A program made the position numbers and the translations under genes. Under the pieces are notes generated by a model, which saw nothing but the letters and a program-made list of their open reading frames with translations, did not search any database and was not told the origin of the DNA. Positions 20,876 to 31,080 of a stretch of 64,000 nt of DNA are shown here, piece after piece. This stretch comes from a bacterium (GTDB lineage: Bacteria > SAR324 > NAC60-12): assembly GCA_965205865.1 (NCBI GenBank), contig CBDBHR010000030.1:320001-384000 (forward strand), in the 5' to 3' direction. The first letter of the stretch is position 1. Each line of letters opens with the position of its first letter.

Positions 20876-21368
20876 AGCTGCTAAAATTGTCGTCAATACG
20901 GGTCCGATTTTGGCGCTTGTCGCAGCATTAGGTGATTTGAAAGTGTTACGCGCTCTCTACCAAGAGGTTTGGGTTCCTTTTGAAGTCTGCCAGGAAATAG
21001 AAGCAGGAGGTTCTCCAGGTTTTGCAGTCGAGGCATTTTTAGCAGAGCGCTGGTTCACCAAAACTTCCACCTCCCTTGAAATACCTTCTTTACTCCTCAA
21101 TTCTCTGGATCGTGGAGAGGCTTCCGTTATTCAACTGGCCCTGGAAAAAGAGATTCCCACAGTCTGTATTGATGAAGCAGCGGGTAGGCGTGTTGCCCGG
21201 TTAAGCGGATTAAACCTCACAGGATCAATCGGAATTTTACTACGCGCTCATCACGAAGTGTACCCATTTTCCATAGAAGACGCCATTCAAGGCATGCAGG
21301 ATAAAGGAGTTTGGCTCAGCCAGAGCATCATTGATTTCGTGCTGACTCAAATACAAGAAAATCACTAG
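20868..21368 (+). CDS. DUF3368 / PIN-domain toxin
   Basis: VVNTGP, LDRGEAS.I.LA, IDE..GRR.AR..GL..TGSIGIL. Confidence 0.85.
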   Translation: MPEAAKIVVNTGPILALVAALGDLKVLRALYQEVWVPFEVCQEIEAGGSPGFAVEAFLAERWFTKTSTSLEIPSLLLNSLDRGEASVIQLALEKEIPTVCIDEAAGRRVARLSGLNLTGSIGILLRAHHEVYPFSIEDAIQGMQDKGVWLSQSIIDFVLTQIQENH

Positions 21369-21465
21369 CGTATGCGAATCAAAACCAATTATGGTTGAAG
21401 TTCAAGAGCATGCGCAATGACTTCTGTTTCACCACAATCAAAGGTTGAATCATTTTGTTAAGGTA

Positions 21466-21674
21466 GAAGGAAGAAGACAGGAGACCACTAAAGCAGTCCC
21501 CCATCCCGGAGAATATTATGTTACAAAAATTGGCGGGTGTTTTGAAGGCGCCGCCCGCTGGTCTTGAGGAAAAGTGAGCTTGAATGACCCCAATATTGGA
21601 TCGCACTATTGCAGGAAAGGAAGAACAGTGGTAAACTGCAAATAGTTATTTCAAATTGAGGAAAAAAGGAAGTT
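21466..21674 (+). repeat. Recurrent ~200-bp element, copy 2
   Basis: Aligns by eye with 16815-17021; TTGCAG-17-TAAACT. Confidence 0.85.
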
Positions 21675-22232
21675 ATGAGAAGATTTTGGATCACTTTGTT
21701 TCTGGGAGCAATGAGCTTTTTGCTGAGCCATGTAGTGGTTTATGGGCAACAAACGCTCGGATTTACCCAGGATGATCGAGAGCGTATCATTCGGCTGGAA
21801 ACCACCTTAACGCTCTTTATGGAAGCTACTGATAAGCGGTTTATCGAATTACGGGAAGATATGAACAACCGCTCGAAGCAGGTTGACAAGCGCTTTGTCG
21901 AATTACGAGAAGACATGAACAAGCGCTTTGAACAAATGATGAATACCTTACAACTGATTGCCGGCATTTTTACCGTCCTGACTCTGGGTGTCATCGGATT
22001 TGCTTATTGGGACCGACGCACCATCATTCGCAAAGCCAAAGAAGAGACTCTGGAAACGCTGGCAGGGGAGGCCGCCCCTAAAGAACAAGCGACAATCGAC
22101 CAGGCTGTGGCGCAAGCGGTGCAGGAAATCAAAAAAGACCAGCGTCTGCCAGACTTGCTCTCGGCTTTACGAAAACTGGCCGCCACCGACCCGCCTCTGG
22201 CGAACGTGCTCAAAGAATTTCATTTATTGTAG
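21675..22232 (+). CDS. Coiled-coil membrane protein, paralog 2 (185 aa)
   Basis: Same architecture as 17022 with fewer repeats. Confidence 0.85.
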   Translation: MRRFWITLFLGAMSFLLSHVVVYGQQTLGFTQDDRERIIRLETTLTLFMEATDKRFIELREDMNNRSKQVDKRFVELREDMNKRFEQMMNTLQLIAGIFTVLTLGVIGFAYWDRRTIIRKAKEETLETLAGEAAPKEQATIDQAVAQAVQEIKKDQRLPDLLSALRKLAATDPPLANVLKEFHLL

Positions 22233-22290
22233 CTTCAATCACGCTCCTCACTACTTAGAGGGAGGGGAAGCGCTTATCCGGAAAACCCCT

Positions 22291-22690
22291 TTATTCATAC
22301 CGCACTCTCGGGTCCAAATAGGGATAAATCAGGTCGATCATGAGATTGAGCAGCACCACCGCGGTGGCGAAAAAGAGGTTGACTCCGGAGACCATCGGGT
22401 AGTCTCGGTCATTGAGAGCACTCAGCAAGAGACGGCCGAGGCCCGGCAGGTTGAAGATGTTCTCCATGATCACGGCGCCTCCCACCAGGATCGGCAACTG
22501 CAGGCCGCAGAGAAGCTGGGCGGGCGCAGCGCGGCCAATAAGCCCAGCTGAACGCGTCACCACCGGGATGAGAGCATTTTTGTGGGTGTGCCGGATCACC
22601 ACGGCCCGCTCCTTGAGCCCCTTACCAGGCGGTGCGGATATAGTCCTGTCTTAAGACCTCCAGCATCATGGTGCGCATCATTCGCAGGGT
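22291..22690 (-). pseudogene. OppB-type permease 3' fragment (copy C) with palindromic insert
   Basis: RMMRTMMLEVLRQDYIRTAW (frameshifted) through YLDPRVRYE. Confidence 0.85.
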
Positions 22691-22768
22691 GACTTTACAT
22701 TCCATGTTCTGGTTCCTTCATAGCAATTTCTTATGATAAAGACCGAAGCTCAATTAAGGGAAGAAAAG

Positions 22769-23164
22769 TTAGGCAGCTAGGGTTTTTACATGAGAGTATT
22801 CCAATATATTTTGATCGACTGTCATTAAAGGATAATCATAAACTCTCGCAGTGGCCACTATGATCTGATCGGCTGGGTCCCGATGGAAATCTCCGGGAAG
22901 TTGGGTGGATTCTACCACAATCCGTGGCGTGAGTTCTATCGAATGGACACATGGATAGACCAAGGCTATATTTAACCACTCTTCGAGGGGATCTGACAAA
23001 TGCAACCGGCCATATTTTACCAGTCTGGCAACCTCCCAACACGAGATTGTGCTGATGGCCAGACCTTCTTCGGCTTGTTCACCCAGCCATTTGAGTTTTT
23101 CCGGGCTCAGCCGATCACTGCCATGAACCCACCAGACCCAGATATGGGTATCCAGAAGAATCAT
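22769..23164 (-). CDS. vapC: VapC PIN-domain toxin
   Basis: ILLDTHIWVWW, IS.WEVA.L and FHRDPADQIIVATA. Confidence 0.92.
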   Translation of the reverse strand: MILLDTHIWVWWVHGSDRLSPEKLKWLGEQAEEGLAISTISCWEVARLVKYGRLHLSDPLEEWLNIALVYPCVHSIELTPRIVVESTQLPGDFHRDPADQIIVATARVYDYPLMTVDQNILEYSHVKTLAA

Positions 23165-23376
23165 TTCAGCGCCTCCCAGTCTTCCAAAGCAACGGGAGCG
23201 GTAGGATCTTCGTAGGAGAAAGGTTTCCCACGTAAAGGATAGCGTGGAGCGGGCTGAGGTTTGGGAATAGTTTTGAGCACAATGACTTCCACCATTTCTC
23301 CTGCTTGAAAGGGTAGATGATTTAGCACCAAAGTGCCATCTTCGGAGAGAGTGGTTTCAATACGATGGGCTTGCAT
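23161..23376 (-). CDS. Cognate antitoxin
   Basis: MQAHRIETTLSEDGTLVL..LPFQAGE.VEVIV...DWEALK; overlaps the vapC start. Confidence 0.8.
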   Translation of the reverse strand: MQAHRIETTLSEDGTLVLNHLPFQAGEMVEVIVLKTIPKPQPAPRYPLRGKPFSYEDPTAPVALEDWEALK

Positions 23377-23533
23377 GTTTGCCTTTCCTGAAAATGCAGT
23401 TTTTTTTCCAATGCATGGTCTTATTTTGGATTTGTTCAATCGCTTTTATTTTTATACAGCATTCCCTTGAATTTCTACAGAAAAAAATTTTACATCAGCT
23501 CCCCTGTAACGCTCTGATAGGGAATCCAATTGA

Positions 23534-23732
23534 GTAGCACGAAAGGCAGAAGACAGGGGACCCCTAAAGCAGTCCCCTATCCTGGAGGTAAGTCTGTTAT
23601 AAAAAAATGGCGGGTGTTATGTAGGCACCCCCCGCTGGCCTTGAGGAAAAGTGAGTTTGAATGACCCCCATATTGGATCACACGATTGCATGAAAGGAAA
23701 AACAGTGGTAAACCAAGCCGTTATTTCAAATT
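23534..23732 (+). repeat. Recurrent ~200-bp element, copy 3
   Basis: Same hairpins and TTGCAT-17-TAAACC; here upstream of a TA pair. Confidence 0.8.
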
Positions 23733-23869
23733 TCCCATCAAGAGATTAACCATCGGACTCACTGAATAAGGATGGGCGCTCAGTTGGGATGTGTAGGGAT
23801 CACACACTGAAAAATTCCTCTTCTCTTCCCAATCATTATGGCTCAATGAACCTTAGAAAAAAAAGCAGC

Positions 23870-24115
23870 ATGAACACAGCAGCAACCCAGAAAGTAGAAC
23901 TCCATCAAGCAATCAATCGCATCCCTGAGAATAAGCTGGAAGCCGCAAAAGTCTACTTGCATTCGCTGGCCCAAGAAGGGGCAAGCAACGAAGCTAAAAA
24001 AGGGAGCTTAGAAGGGATATGGGAAGGGACAGGACTTGAAAACCTCGACTTTGAAGCTGAATTGAAAAAACTGAGAAAAGAAATGAGTGAGGCGATCTTA
24101 TCCAGGAAATTTTAA
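23870..24115 (+). CDS. Putative antitoxin (DUF2281-like)
   Basis: 81 aa, ...KKGSLEGIWEG...LKKLRKEM; its stop overlaps the PIN gene start. Confidence 0.7.
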   Translation: MNTAATQKVELHQAINRIPENKLEAAKVYLHSLAQEGASNEAKKGSLEGIWEGTGLENLDFEAELKKLRKEMSEAILSRKF

Positions 24116-24498
24116 TGAAATACCTTGTAGATACCGTTGCCCTAAATCGTCATTTCACGAGAAATAAAAATATCGGGAAACAAGCCCGTGAGATCCTTTC
24201 CAATCCTGACGAAAACGTGTTTTATATCTCCATTGTGAGCCTCATGGAGATTTTGTATTTATCAGAAAAAAACAGGATAGATATTTCATTGAAAGAAACA
24301 CTAAGACGGATCAATGCCAAAGAAAGCTATCAGATTGTCGAACTTGATGCAGAAATTCTCCAAGTAGCCGAAACTGTCCCATTTCCTGAGCTTCATGACC
24401 GATTAATACTTGCGACGGCAAAATGGCTTGAGGTTCCCATCATTTCAAGTGATAAGGATTTCCAAAATGTTGAAGGTATCACGACCATTTGGAAATAA
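24115..24498 (+). CDS. vapC: VapC PIN-domain toxin
   Basis: YLVDT, SIVSLMEILYL and ELHDRLI.ATA.....PIISSD. Confidence 0.9.
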   Translation: MKYLVDTVALNRHFTRNKNIGKQAREILSNPDENVFYISIVSLMEILYLSEKNRIDISLKETLRRINAKESYQIVELDAEILQVAETVPFPELHDRLILATAKWLEVPIISSDKDFQNVEGITTIWK

Positions 24499-24590
24499 TC
24501 CATCTTATCCTGTTTTGCTCTCCAATGTTCTCATTTCAAGTACCCTTCCCAGGAACAAGAAAGGCAACGGTTTTCCCAGGAGAGCCTTTC

Positions 24591-24648
24591 GTAGCACGGA
24601 AGGCAGAAGACGGGGGACCACCGCAGTAGTCCCCTATCCTGGAGGTAA
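24591..24648 (+). repeat. Recurrent element, 5' partial copy 4
   Basis: gtagcacggaaggcagaagacGGGGGAC..GTCCCCtatcctggaggtaa. Confidence 0.75.
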
Positions 24649-24693
24649 AGCAGTGGAAACTCTGGAATTGTGAGAACAACCCCTTTTGCGTGC

Positions 24694-24997
24694 TTACCCA
24701 TTGAAAGGATTGATCAGTCTGGCCAGGAGGCTTCTTTTGCGTTTCCCCGTGGTGCCGTAACTACCCTCACCTCCGCGCAGTCTGGGATCGAGCAGGTCTT
24801 CCATCGCGTCACCGAACATGTTGAGGGAATAGACGGTAATCGTCAGGAAAAGCCCCGGCCAGAGCGCCAGCCAAGGGGCCGCCTCCATGTACTGACGCCC
24901 TTCGCGGCTGAGCAGTCCCCCCCAACTGGGAATCTCGACGGGCAGCCCGAATCCGAGGAAGCTCAGCGAAGCCTCGGCAATGATGACGCCGCCAATT
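24694..24997 (-). pseudogene. OppC-type permease 3' fragment
   Basis: [14 protein letters not shown]...PSWG.LL...APWLALWPG..LTITV..LNMFGDA..D.LDPR. Confidence 0.85.
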
Positions 24998-25105
24998 TCG
25001 GGCAGAAGCGTGGGAACGCTTAAGGCTCTTGCCTTTCCTCATCCGTTTCGATATTTTTCCATATATTATTCTATATTGGAAGTTTTCCTGAAACTGGAAG
25101 ACAGT

Positions 25106-25648
25106 ATGGATAAAAAAAGTAGCGTTCCCATTCAACAGCACATCCACTTGATCCGAGGAAAGGAGGTGATTATCGATTCAGATTTAGCGGAACTCTATGG
25201 CGTACCAACAAAGCGGCTCAATGAACAAGTTAAGCGTAACATAGAACGTTTTCCAGAGGACTTTATGTTTCAGATGACGAAAGAGGAGCTAGCTTATTGG
25301 AGGTCGCAAATTGCGACCTCCAATCCATCCAAAGCCAAAATGGGTCTACGCAGAAAACCCCACGTATTTACAGAACAGGGAGTGGCAATGTTATCCAGTG
25401 TGCTGAACAGCCCGATAGCAGTCCAGGTTAATATCCAGATCATGCGTGCTTTTGTCCAATTCCGCAGGATGCTGGCCTCTAATCAAGAACTTCTTGCCAA
25501 AATTACGGCAATGGAGGCAAAGTATGATGAGCAGTTCAAGATGATCTTTGAAGCGATCCGCTCCATGATCGAACAAAAAACTACAAAACGACAAATAGGA
25601 TTTGCAGTTCCTTCTAATAACCAAGGAATAATATCAAATGGAGGATAA
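25106..25648 (+). CDS. ORF6N domain DNA-binding protein
   Basis: [37 protein letters not shown] and [15 protein letters not shown]. Start reassigned to MDKK. Confidence 0.9.
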   Translation: MDKKSSVPIQQHIHLIRGKEVIIDSDLAELYGVPTKRLNEQVKRNIERFPEDFMFQMTKEELAYWRSQIATSNPSKAKMGLRRKPHVFTEQGVAMLSSVLNSPIAVQVNIQIMRAFVQFRRMLASNQELLAKITAMEAKYDEQFKMIFEAIRSMIEQKTTKRQIGFAVPSNNQGIISNGG

Positions 25649-25667
25649 TTTGCCTGTACCTTTTCTT

Positions 25668-25713
25668 ATATTACATAAAATGGTGGGTGTTTGGAAGGCA
25701 CCGTCCGCTGGCC
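25668..25713 (+). repeat. Recurrent element, internal partial copy 5
   Basis: ttacataaaatggtgggtgtttggaaggcaccgtccgctggcc abuts the oppB stop. Confidence 0.7.
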
Positions 25714-26037
25714 TTATTCGTACCGCACCCGCGGGTCCAGATAGGGATAAATCAGGTCGATGAGGAGATTGAGCAGCACCACCCCGCTGGCGAAAAACAG
25801 GTTGACTCCGGAGACCATCGGGTAGTCTCTCTCATTGAGGGCATTCACCAAGAGACGACCTATCCCCGGCAGGTTGAAGATGTTCTCCATGATCACGGCG
25901 CCCCCGACCAGGATCGGCAACTGCAGGCCGCAGAGAGGCTAGGCGGCCGCAGCGCGGCCAATAAGCCCAGCTGAACGCGTGACCACCGGGATGAGGGCAT
26001 TTTTGAGGGTGTGCCGGATCACCACGATCCGCTCCTT
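25714..26037 (-). pseudogene. OppB-type permease 3' fragment (copy D) with palindromic insert containing a stop
   Basis: Same breakpoint and upstream spacer as copy A. Confidence 0.85.
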
Positions 26038-26262
26038 CATTTCAATCGAGAAAATAAAAGACAATTTAATATTTGACCCCATTCTAATATTTGACCCCTT
26101 TCCGCCACTCGGTCCTGACCACCTCTTCTTTTTGAAGCTCAAAAGGACACTTTCAGAGACACCGTAAGAGGGCGAGAGCAAAATCTATGAGGAGCAACTA
26201 TTTCTCATGGCACTTGCCCCCTTTGAAGATTACACAATAGCAAAGATAAGACGTGGTTTCAT

Positions 26263-26478
26263 GACACGGAAGGAAGCAAACAGGGGACCACCGCAGTAGT
26301 CCCCCATCCTAGAGGACATTATGTTACAAAAAATGGCGGGTGTTTGGAAAGCACCGCCTGCTGGCCTTGAGGAAAAGGGAGCTTGAATGACCCCCATATT
26401 GGATCGCACTATTGCAGGAAAGGAAGAACAGTGGTAAACTGCAAATAGTTATTTCAAATTGAGGAAAAAAAGGAGGTT
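26263..26478 (+). repeat. Recurrent ~200-bp element, copy 6
   Basis: Aligns with copies 1-3. Confidence 0.85.
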
Positions 26479-27090
26479 ATGAGAAGATTTTGGATCACTT
26501 TGTTTCTGGGAGCAATGAGCTTTTTGCTGAGCCATGTAGTGGTTTATGGGCAACAAATGCTCGGATTTACCCAGGATGATCGAGAGCGTATCATTCGGCT
26601 GGAAACCACCTTAACGCTCTTTATGGAAGCTACTGATAAGCGGTTTATCGAATTACGGGAAGATATGAACAACCGCTTTGAACAGGTAGATCAGCGGTTT
26701 ATCGAATTACGGGAAGATATGAACAACCGCTCGAAGCAGGTTGACAAGCGCTTTGTCGAATTACGAGAAGATATGAACAACCGCTTTGAACAGATGATGA
26801 ATACCTTGCAACTGATTGCCGGCATTTTTACCGTCCTGACTCTGGGTGTCATCGGATTTGCTTATTGGGACCGACGCACCATCATTCGCAAAGCCAAAGA
26901 AGAGACTCTGGAAACGCTGGCAGGGGAGGCCGCCCCTAAAGAACAAGCGACAATCGACCGGGCTGTGGCGCAAGCGGTGCAGGAAATCAAAAAAGACCAG
27001 CGTCTGCCAGACTTGCTCTCGGCTTTACGAAAACTGGCCGCCAACGACCCGCCTCTGGCGAACGTGCTCAAAGAATTTCATTTATTGTAG
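26479..27090 (+). CDS. Coiled-coil membrane protein, paralog 3 (203 aa)
   Basis: Paralog 2 plus one 18-aa repeat unit. Confidence 0.85.
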   Translation: MRRFWITLFLGAMSFLLSHVVVYGQQMLGFTQDDRERIIRLETTLTLFMEATDKRFIELREDMNNRFEQVDQRFIELREDMNNRSKQVDKRFVELREDMNNRFEQMMNTLQLIAGIFTVLTLGVIGFAYWDRRTIIRKAKEETLETLAGEAAPKEQATIDRAVAQAVQEIKKDQRLPDLLSALRKLAANDPPLANVLKEFHLL

Positions 27091-27147
27091 CTTCAATCAC
27101 GCTCCTCACTACTAGAGGGAGGGGAATCGCTTATCCGGAAAACCCCT

Positions 27148-28110
27148 TCACTCATACCGCACTCTCGGGTCCAGATAGGGATAAATCAGGTCGATGAGGA
27201 GATTGAGCAGCACCACCCCGCTGGCGAAAAACAGGTTGACTCCGGAGACCATCGGGTAGTCTCGGTCATTGAGGGCATTCACCAAGAGACGCCCGATCCC
27301 TGGCAGGTTGAAGATGTTCTCCATGATCACCGCGCCCCCGACCAGGATCGGCAACTGCAGGCCGATCAGGGTGATAACCGGGATGAGGGCATTTTTGATG
27401 GTGTGCCGGATAATCACTACCCGCTCCCTGAGTCCCTTGGACCAGGCGGTCCGGATATAGTCCTGCCGGAGCACCTCCAGCATCATGGTGCGCATCATCC
27501 GCATGGTGGCGGCAGAGGAGGCCGTTCCCAGAATCAGGCTGGGAATGAGGAACACCGCCAGATTCCCCAGCGGGTCTTCGGTGAAAGAAACCAGCTCCAG
27601 CGGCGGCGCCCAACCCCACCAGATGGCCGGGTAGATCATGACCATAATGCCCAGCCAGAAGTTCGGCGTGGCCAGGCCGATGACGGCGAGGGAGCGCCCC
27701 ACGTAGTCGGCGGCCGTATCCTGGCGAATCGCCGAGTAGATGCCGATTGGCAGCGCGATCACGAGCCCGATGAGGATTGCCATCAAACCGAGCTCAATGG
27801 TGACCGGCAGTCTCTCTAATATCGCCTCCTCCACCGAGTTTCTCGTAAACAGGGATTCGCCAAGGCTGCCGTGCAGGAAAATATCTCCTATCCATCGTCC
27901 ATACTGCACGTAAACAGGCACGTCCAATCCCAGCATACGCTCAAGAGCTTCACGGTCTACATCCCATTGCACATTGAACATTCCCATCCTGCCCACGATG
28001 ACGTCTATGACATCGCCGGGGATGAAGCGCACCGAGAGGAAGACCAGGATGCTCAAGATAAACAGGGTGGGGATTATCAGCAATAACCGCCTGATGATAT
28101 AGGCTCTCAT
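27148..28110 (-). CDS. Intact OppB/DppB-type ABC permease (320 aa)
   Basis: MRAYIIRRLLL..PTL...RFIPGD, RLPVT.EL, QDYIRTA.SKGL and ENIFNLPG.G. Confidence 0.93.
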   Translation of the reverse strand: MRAYIIRRLLLIIPTLFILSILVFLSVRFIPGDVIDVIVGRMGMFNVQWDVDREALERMLGLDVPVYVQYGRWIGDIFLHGSLGESLFTRNSVEEAILERLPVTIELGLMAILIGLVIALPIGIYSAIRQDTAADYVGRSLAVIGLATPNFWLGIMVMIYPAIWWGWAPPLELVSFTEDPLGNLAVFLIPSLILGTASSAATMRMMRTMMLEVLRQDYIRTAWSKGLRERVVIIRHTIKNALIPVITLIGLQLPILVGGAVIMENIFNLPGIGRLLVNALNDRDYPMVSGVNLFFASGVVLLNLLIDLIYPYLDPRVRYE

Positions 28111-28239
28111 GTGACACACCTTATCAGTCGTTGGATGAGGACAGAATCTCCTCTTCGATGATTCAATGAGTAAAGGAGCCGGGAAGCTTGAGCCTCCCAG
28201 CTCCCTTTTCCCCGAGCTAAGCCACAAGGGATGAAACCC

Positions 28240-31060
28240 CTAATAACCCATTGCTTCCTTCAGCTCACTATCAATCCAGAGGCGGGTCAAAACCTGGTTA
28301 AATTGACCGTTTCCCATGTACACTTCATTGTTAAAACCTATGAGCCACGGTTGGACCGCGGTAAAAGCTGGAAAATTAGGAGTCCATATCGACCAGAACT
28401 CCTCTATCCCATACTGATTCAACTCTCCAGCTAACCTGTACTGCTCGTCGAGAGTGGTAGCGGCTAAGGCGGCTTCAAACTTGGCTGTATAAACCGGGTC
28501 GTTGACATTGGAGCTGTTCCAATGTGCGCCCGGCGTATAACGTTTTTGGGTGCCCACTGGATCCCCATAGTTAGCCATTTCCGCATTGATCATTTCGAAA
28601 TCCCTCTCACCTCTTTTAGCGGAAAATTCAGCTCCTGGCTGTACATCAATCTCTGCTACATCAATGCCAATCTTATTCCAGTATGAAAAGACTAATTGTA
28701 CATAGTTCAAATCGTAGCGGTCGATATGCAAGAACTTGGTCTTGAATCTAATGCCGTCCGCGCCGCGCTTGTACCCGGCCTCATCAAGGAGCTTTTCGGC
28801 ACCTTCCGGGTCGTAGTCAAAGACTTTCTTGACGTCTTCGGGCCAATCTTCAAATTGGGTGACAACCTCTGTATAAGACCGGTTTAGCTGCCCCTGGGGT
28901 ATCGTATCGGCATAACCCCCAAAGTAGGTATTGTTAATTTCTTCGAGGTTTATTGCCATTTGCATGGCCTTGCGCACCCGGATGTCGGAAAAATACGGCA
29001 ACTGAACGTTGATGCCAAAACCATTATCCGACCGACCGGTCCACGGCCATATCACGATTTCGGGGTTGGTCCGCTTAAGGCTCTCTACCTGATCGAGACT
29101 CCTGATTTGAGTGTTGCCGAGCACACCCATGTAATCAAGCTTACCCGTGCGCAGTGCCGCCAGCTGTGTTGCCACTTCGGGCATAATCAGGTTCCTTAAC
29201 TGGTCAATATAGGGCAGGCGGTTCTCCGCGTATTTTTCGTCGTAGGCCCAGTAGTCAGGATTCTTGTCCCAGGTGATAGAGCTGCCCTCGGTCCAGTCAG
29301 TCAGCATCATGGGTCCGGTGCCGACCAGGTTCCTCCAATCCGAAATGTCGCCGTGTTCCTTGATTACCTCGGGCGGGTATATCCAGGCAGACCAGTCGCC
29401 GAGGATAGAAGTCAGCGCACCGAGGTATGGCTCCTTCAGCTTAAAAACAACCGTCCATTTGTCAGTGACCTCTATCGATTCCAAATCCCAACTTTGGAAA
29501 CTATAAGCTGTTTGGGCTTTTTTCGGTGAAACCGCTACCCATACCCAACAGACGATGATAGTTAAACTCGATATCCTGGGCCGTCAGCTCACGACCGTTC
29601 ATCGGAGGCTTATCATGCCAGTGAACGCCCTGGCGGACTTTGATGATAATAGTTAGTGGGTCGGGCTGCGACCAGCTTTCCGCCAGCGCCCCTCTCGAGT
29701 AGGCTGGAGGGACGTTGAGATATTTGAAGGCAAATTTGTCCCTATCTATTCCCCAGTCCGCGATGGCCAGCTTCTCTGTAACGACCCCGGTGGATACATT
29801 CGACCCTCCACCAGACAGCAAGGAGTCAGGACCCGGCCACTCTGCTTTCAGGGCAAAGGTTAATGTCCCGCCATACTCTGGCGCGGACACCATCTTGCCG
29901 GTGGAGGGGTCTTTGACCATGTCCGAGGCGGCAAAGGTCAAGGTCGTGAAACCAAGTACAATCATGCTGAGGAGGGCCAGCATGGAACGCCCTTTTGAGT
30001 TTCGATGATGATTTATCATAATAATCCTTTCTTTCATTTGAGAAAAAGTAAACCAAAAGCACCCCGCCTGGAAATTTTCAAGCATCATTTCCGGCTGGGA
30101 TACCGTTTTGAGTATGGTCAATCCATACGATTTCCGTTCCCTTTGAGGAACGGAAGCTAAAACCCATTGATCACAGGCCAGTTCCTGATCCAAGCGGAAC
30201 AGCCGATAGGCCAGATAGATCAACGGGTTGAACCAATAAACACACTTGAGCGCTAAAGCCCAGGTGATGAAGAGAGAATCTTTGCGTTGTAGATGGGCCA
30301 GTTCATGAGCGAGAATGAATTCCGTTTCCCGTGGGGAAAAGCGTTCGGCAAACCGGAGGGGCAGCACCAGATTGGGATGCAACCATCCGATCACTGCAGG
30401 CCCCTGAATCCGTGCGGAGACGAACACGTCCCCCTGGAACTTCAGGCCCATTGTGAGGCACAGTTTTTCGAGCAACCTTCTCATTTCCAGGGAAGGTTTC
30501 CGCTTCTCTCGCAGCAGTTGCTTCTGAAAATGCGCATGCCGGTGTAATGTGAAAAGTCCCATCATCACGAATCCCCCAAGCCACACGAAGAAAATGATCG
30601 TCATGCCGTCTATTTCCGAAAAAACAGGCCACCCGCCAACCGAGGCGGAGGATGGGGAATCTCGAGGGGGGAAGCTGGGCTCACTCAAACGCTCCGCGGG
30701 AAAGGGAGAAGCCTTTTCCTGTATCGCCGTTTTCATGGATTCCCACCGAGCCTTATTCTCTACGTTGATCTGTTGGAATAAGGCTTCGGACGCAGTGAGG
30801 GGCTTTTTGTTTTGCAGCAGGGCAAACACCCCTTGCTGCATCTTGAAGTTATAAAGGATGTTTTGCCAGGAAGGGAGGAGACTGAGTTGTGTTTGAGGGG
30901 TGACGATGATCATCATTTTAAGAGCAGGGAGCAGCCAAAGCGCGTGACTCCATTTTGCCCCAAAATAACGAACCACCGGTTTGCGAATCACGAACACGAA
31001 AACGATTAAAAGACTGGACCACAGGGTGGCCTCAGCTAATCCGTACATTAGAGTTGCCAT
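28240..31060 (-). CDS. BlaR1/MecR1-type M56 peptidase fused to family-5 ABC substrate-binding domain; one +1 frameshift near 29500-29523
   Basis: M56 motifs W.LP.L, GP..IG...P..VLP, AHELAH.R.D, YWFNPL, QELACD and KERI. These are followed in frame by a TM and MVKDPSTGK..APEYGG, LAESW, VRQGVHWH. The other frame continues AYSFQSWDLESIEVTDKWTVVFKL...VGTGP to the SBP C-terminus. Confidence 0.85.
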
Positions 31061-31080
31061 TTCAACACCTCCTCAAGGGA

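Noticed and set aside
15815-27147. Integron cassette array
   Set aside because: No intI and no RYYYAAC...GTTRRRY attC sites found after the cargo genes. Spacers are permease fragments.
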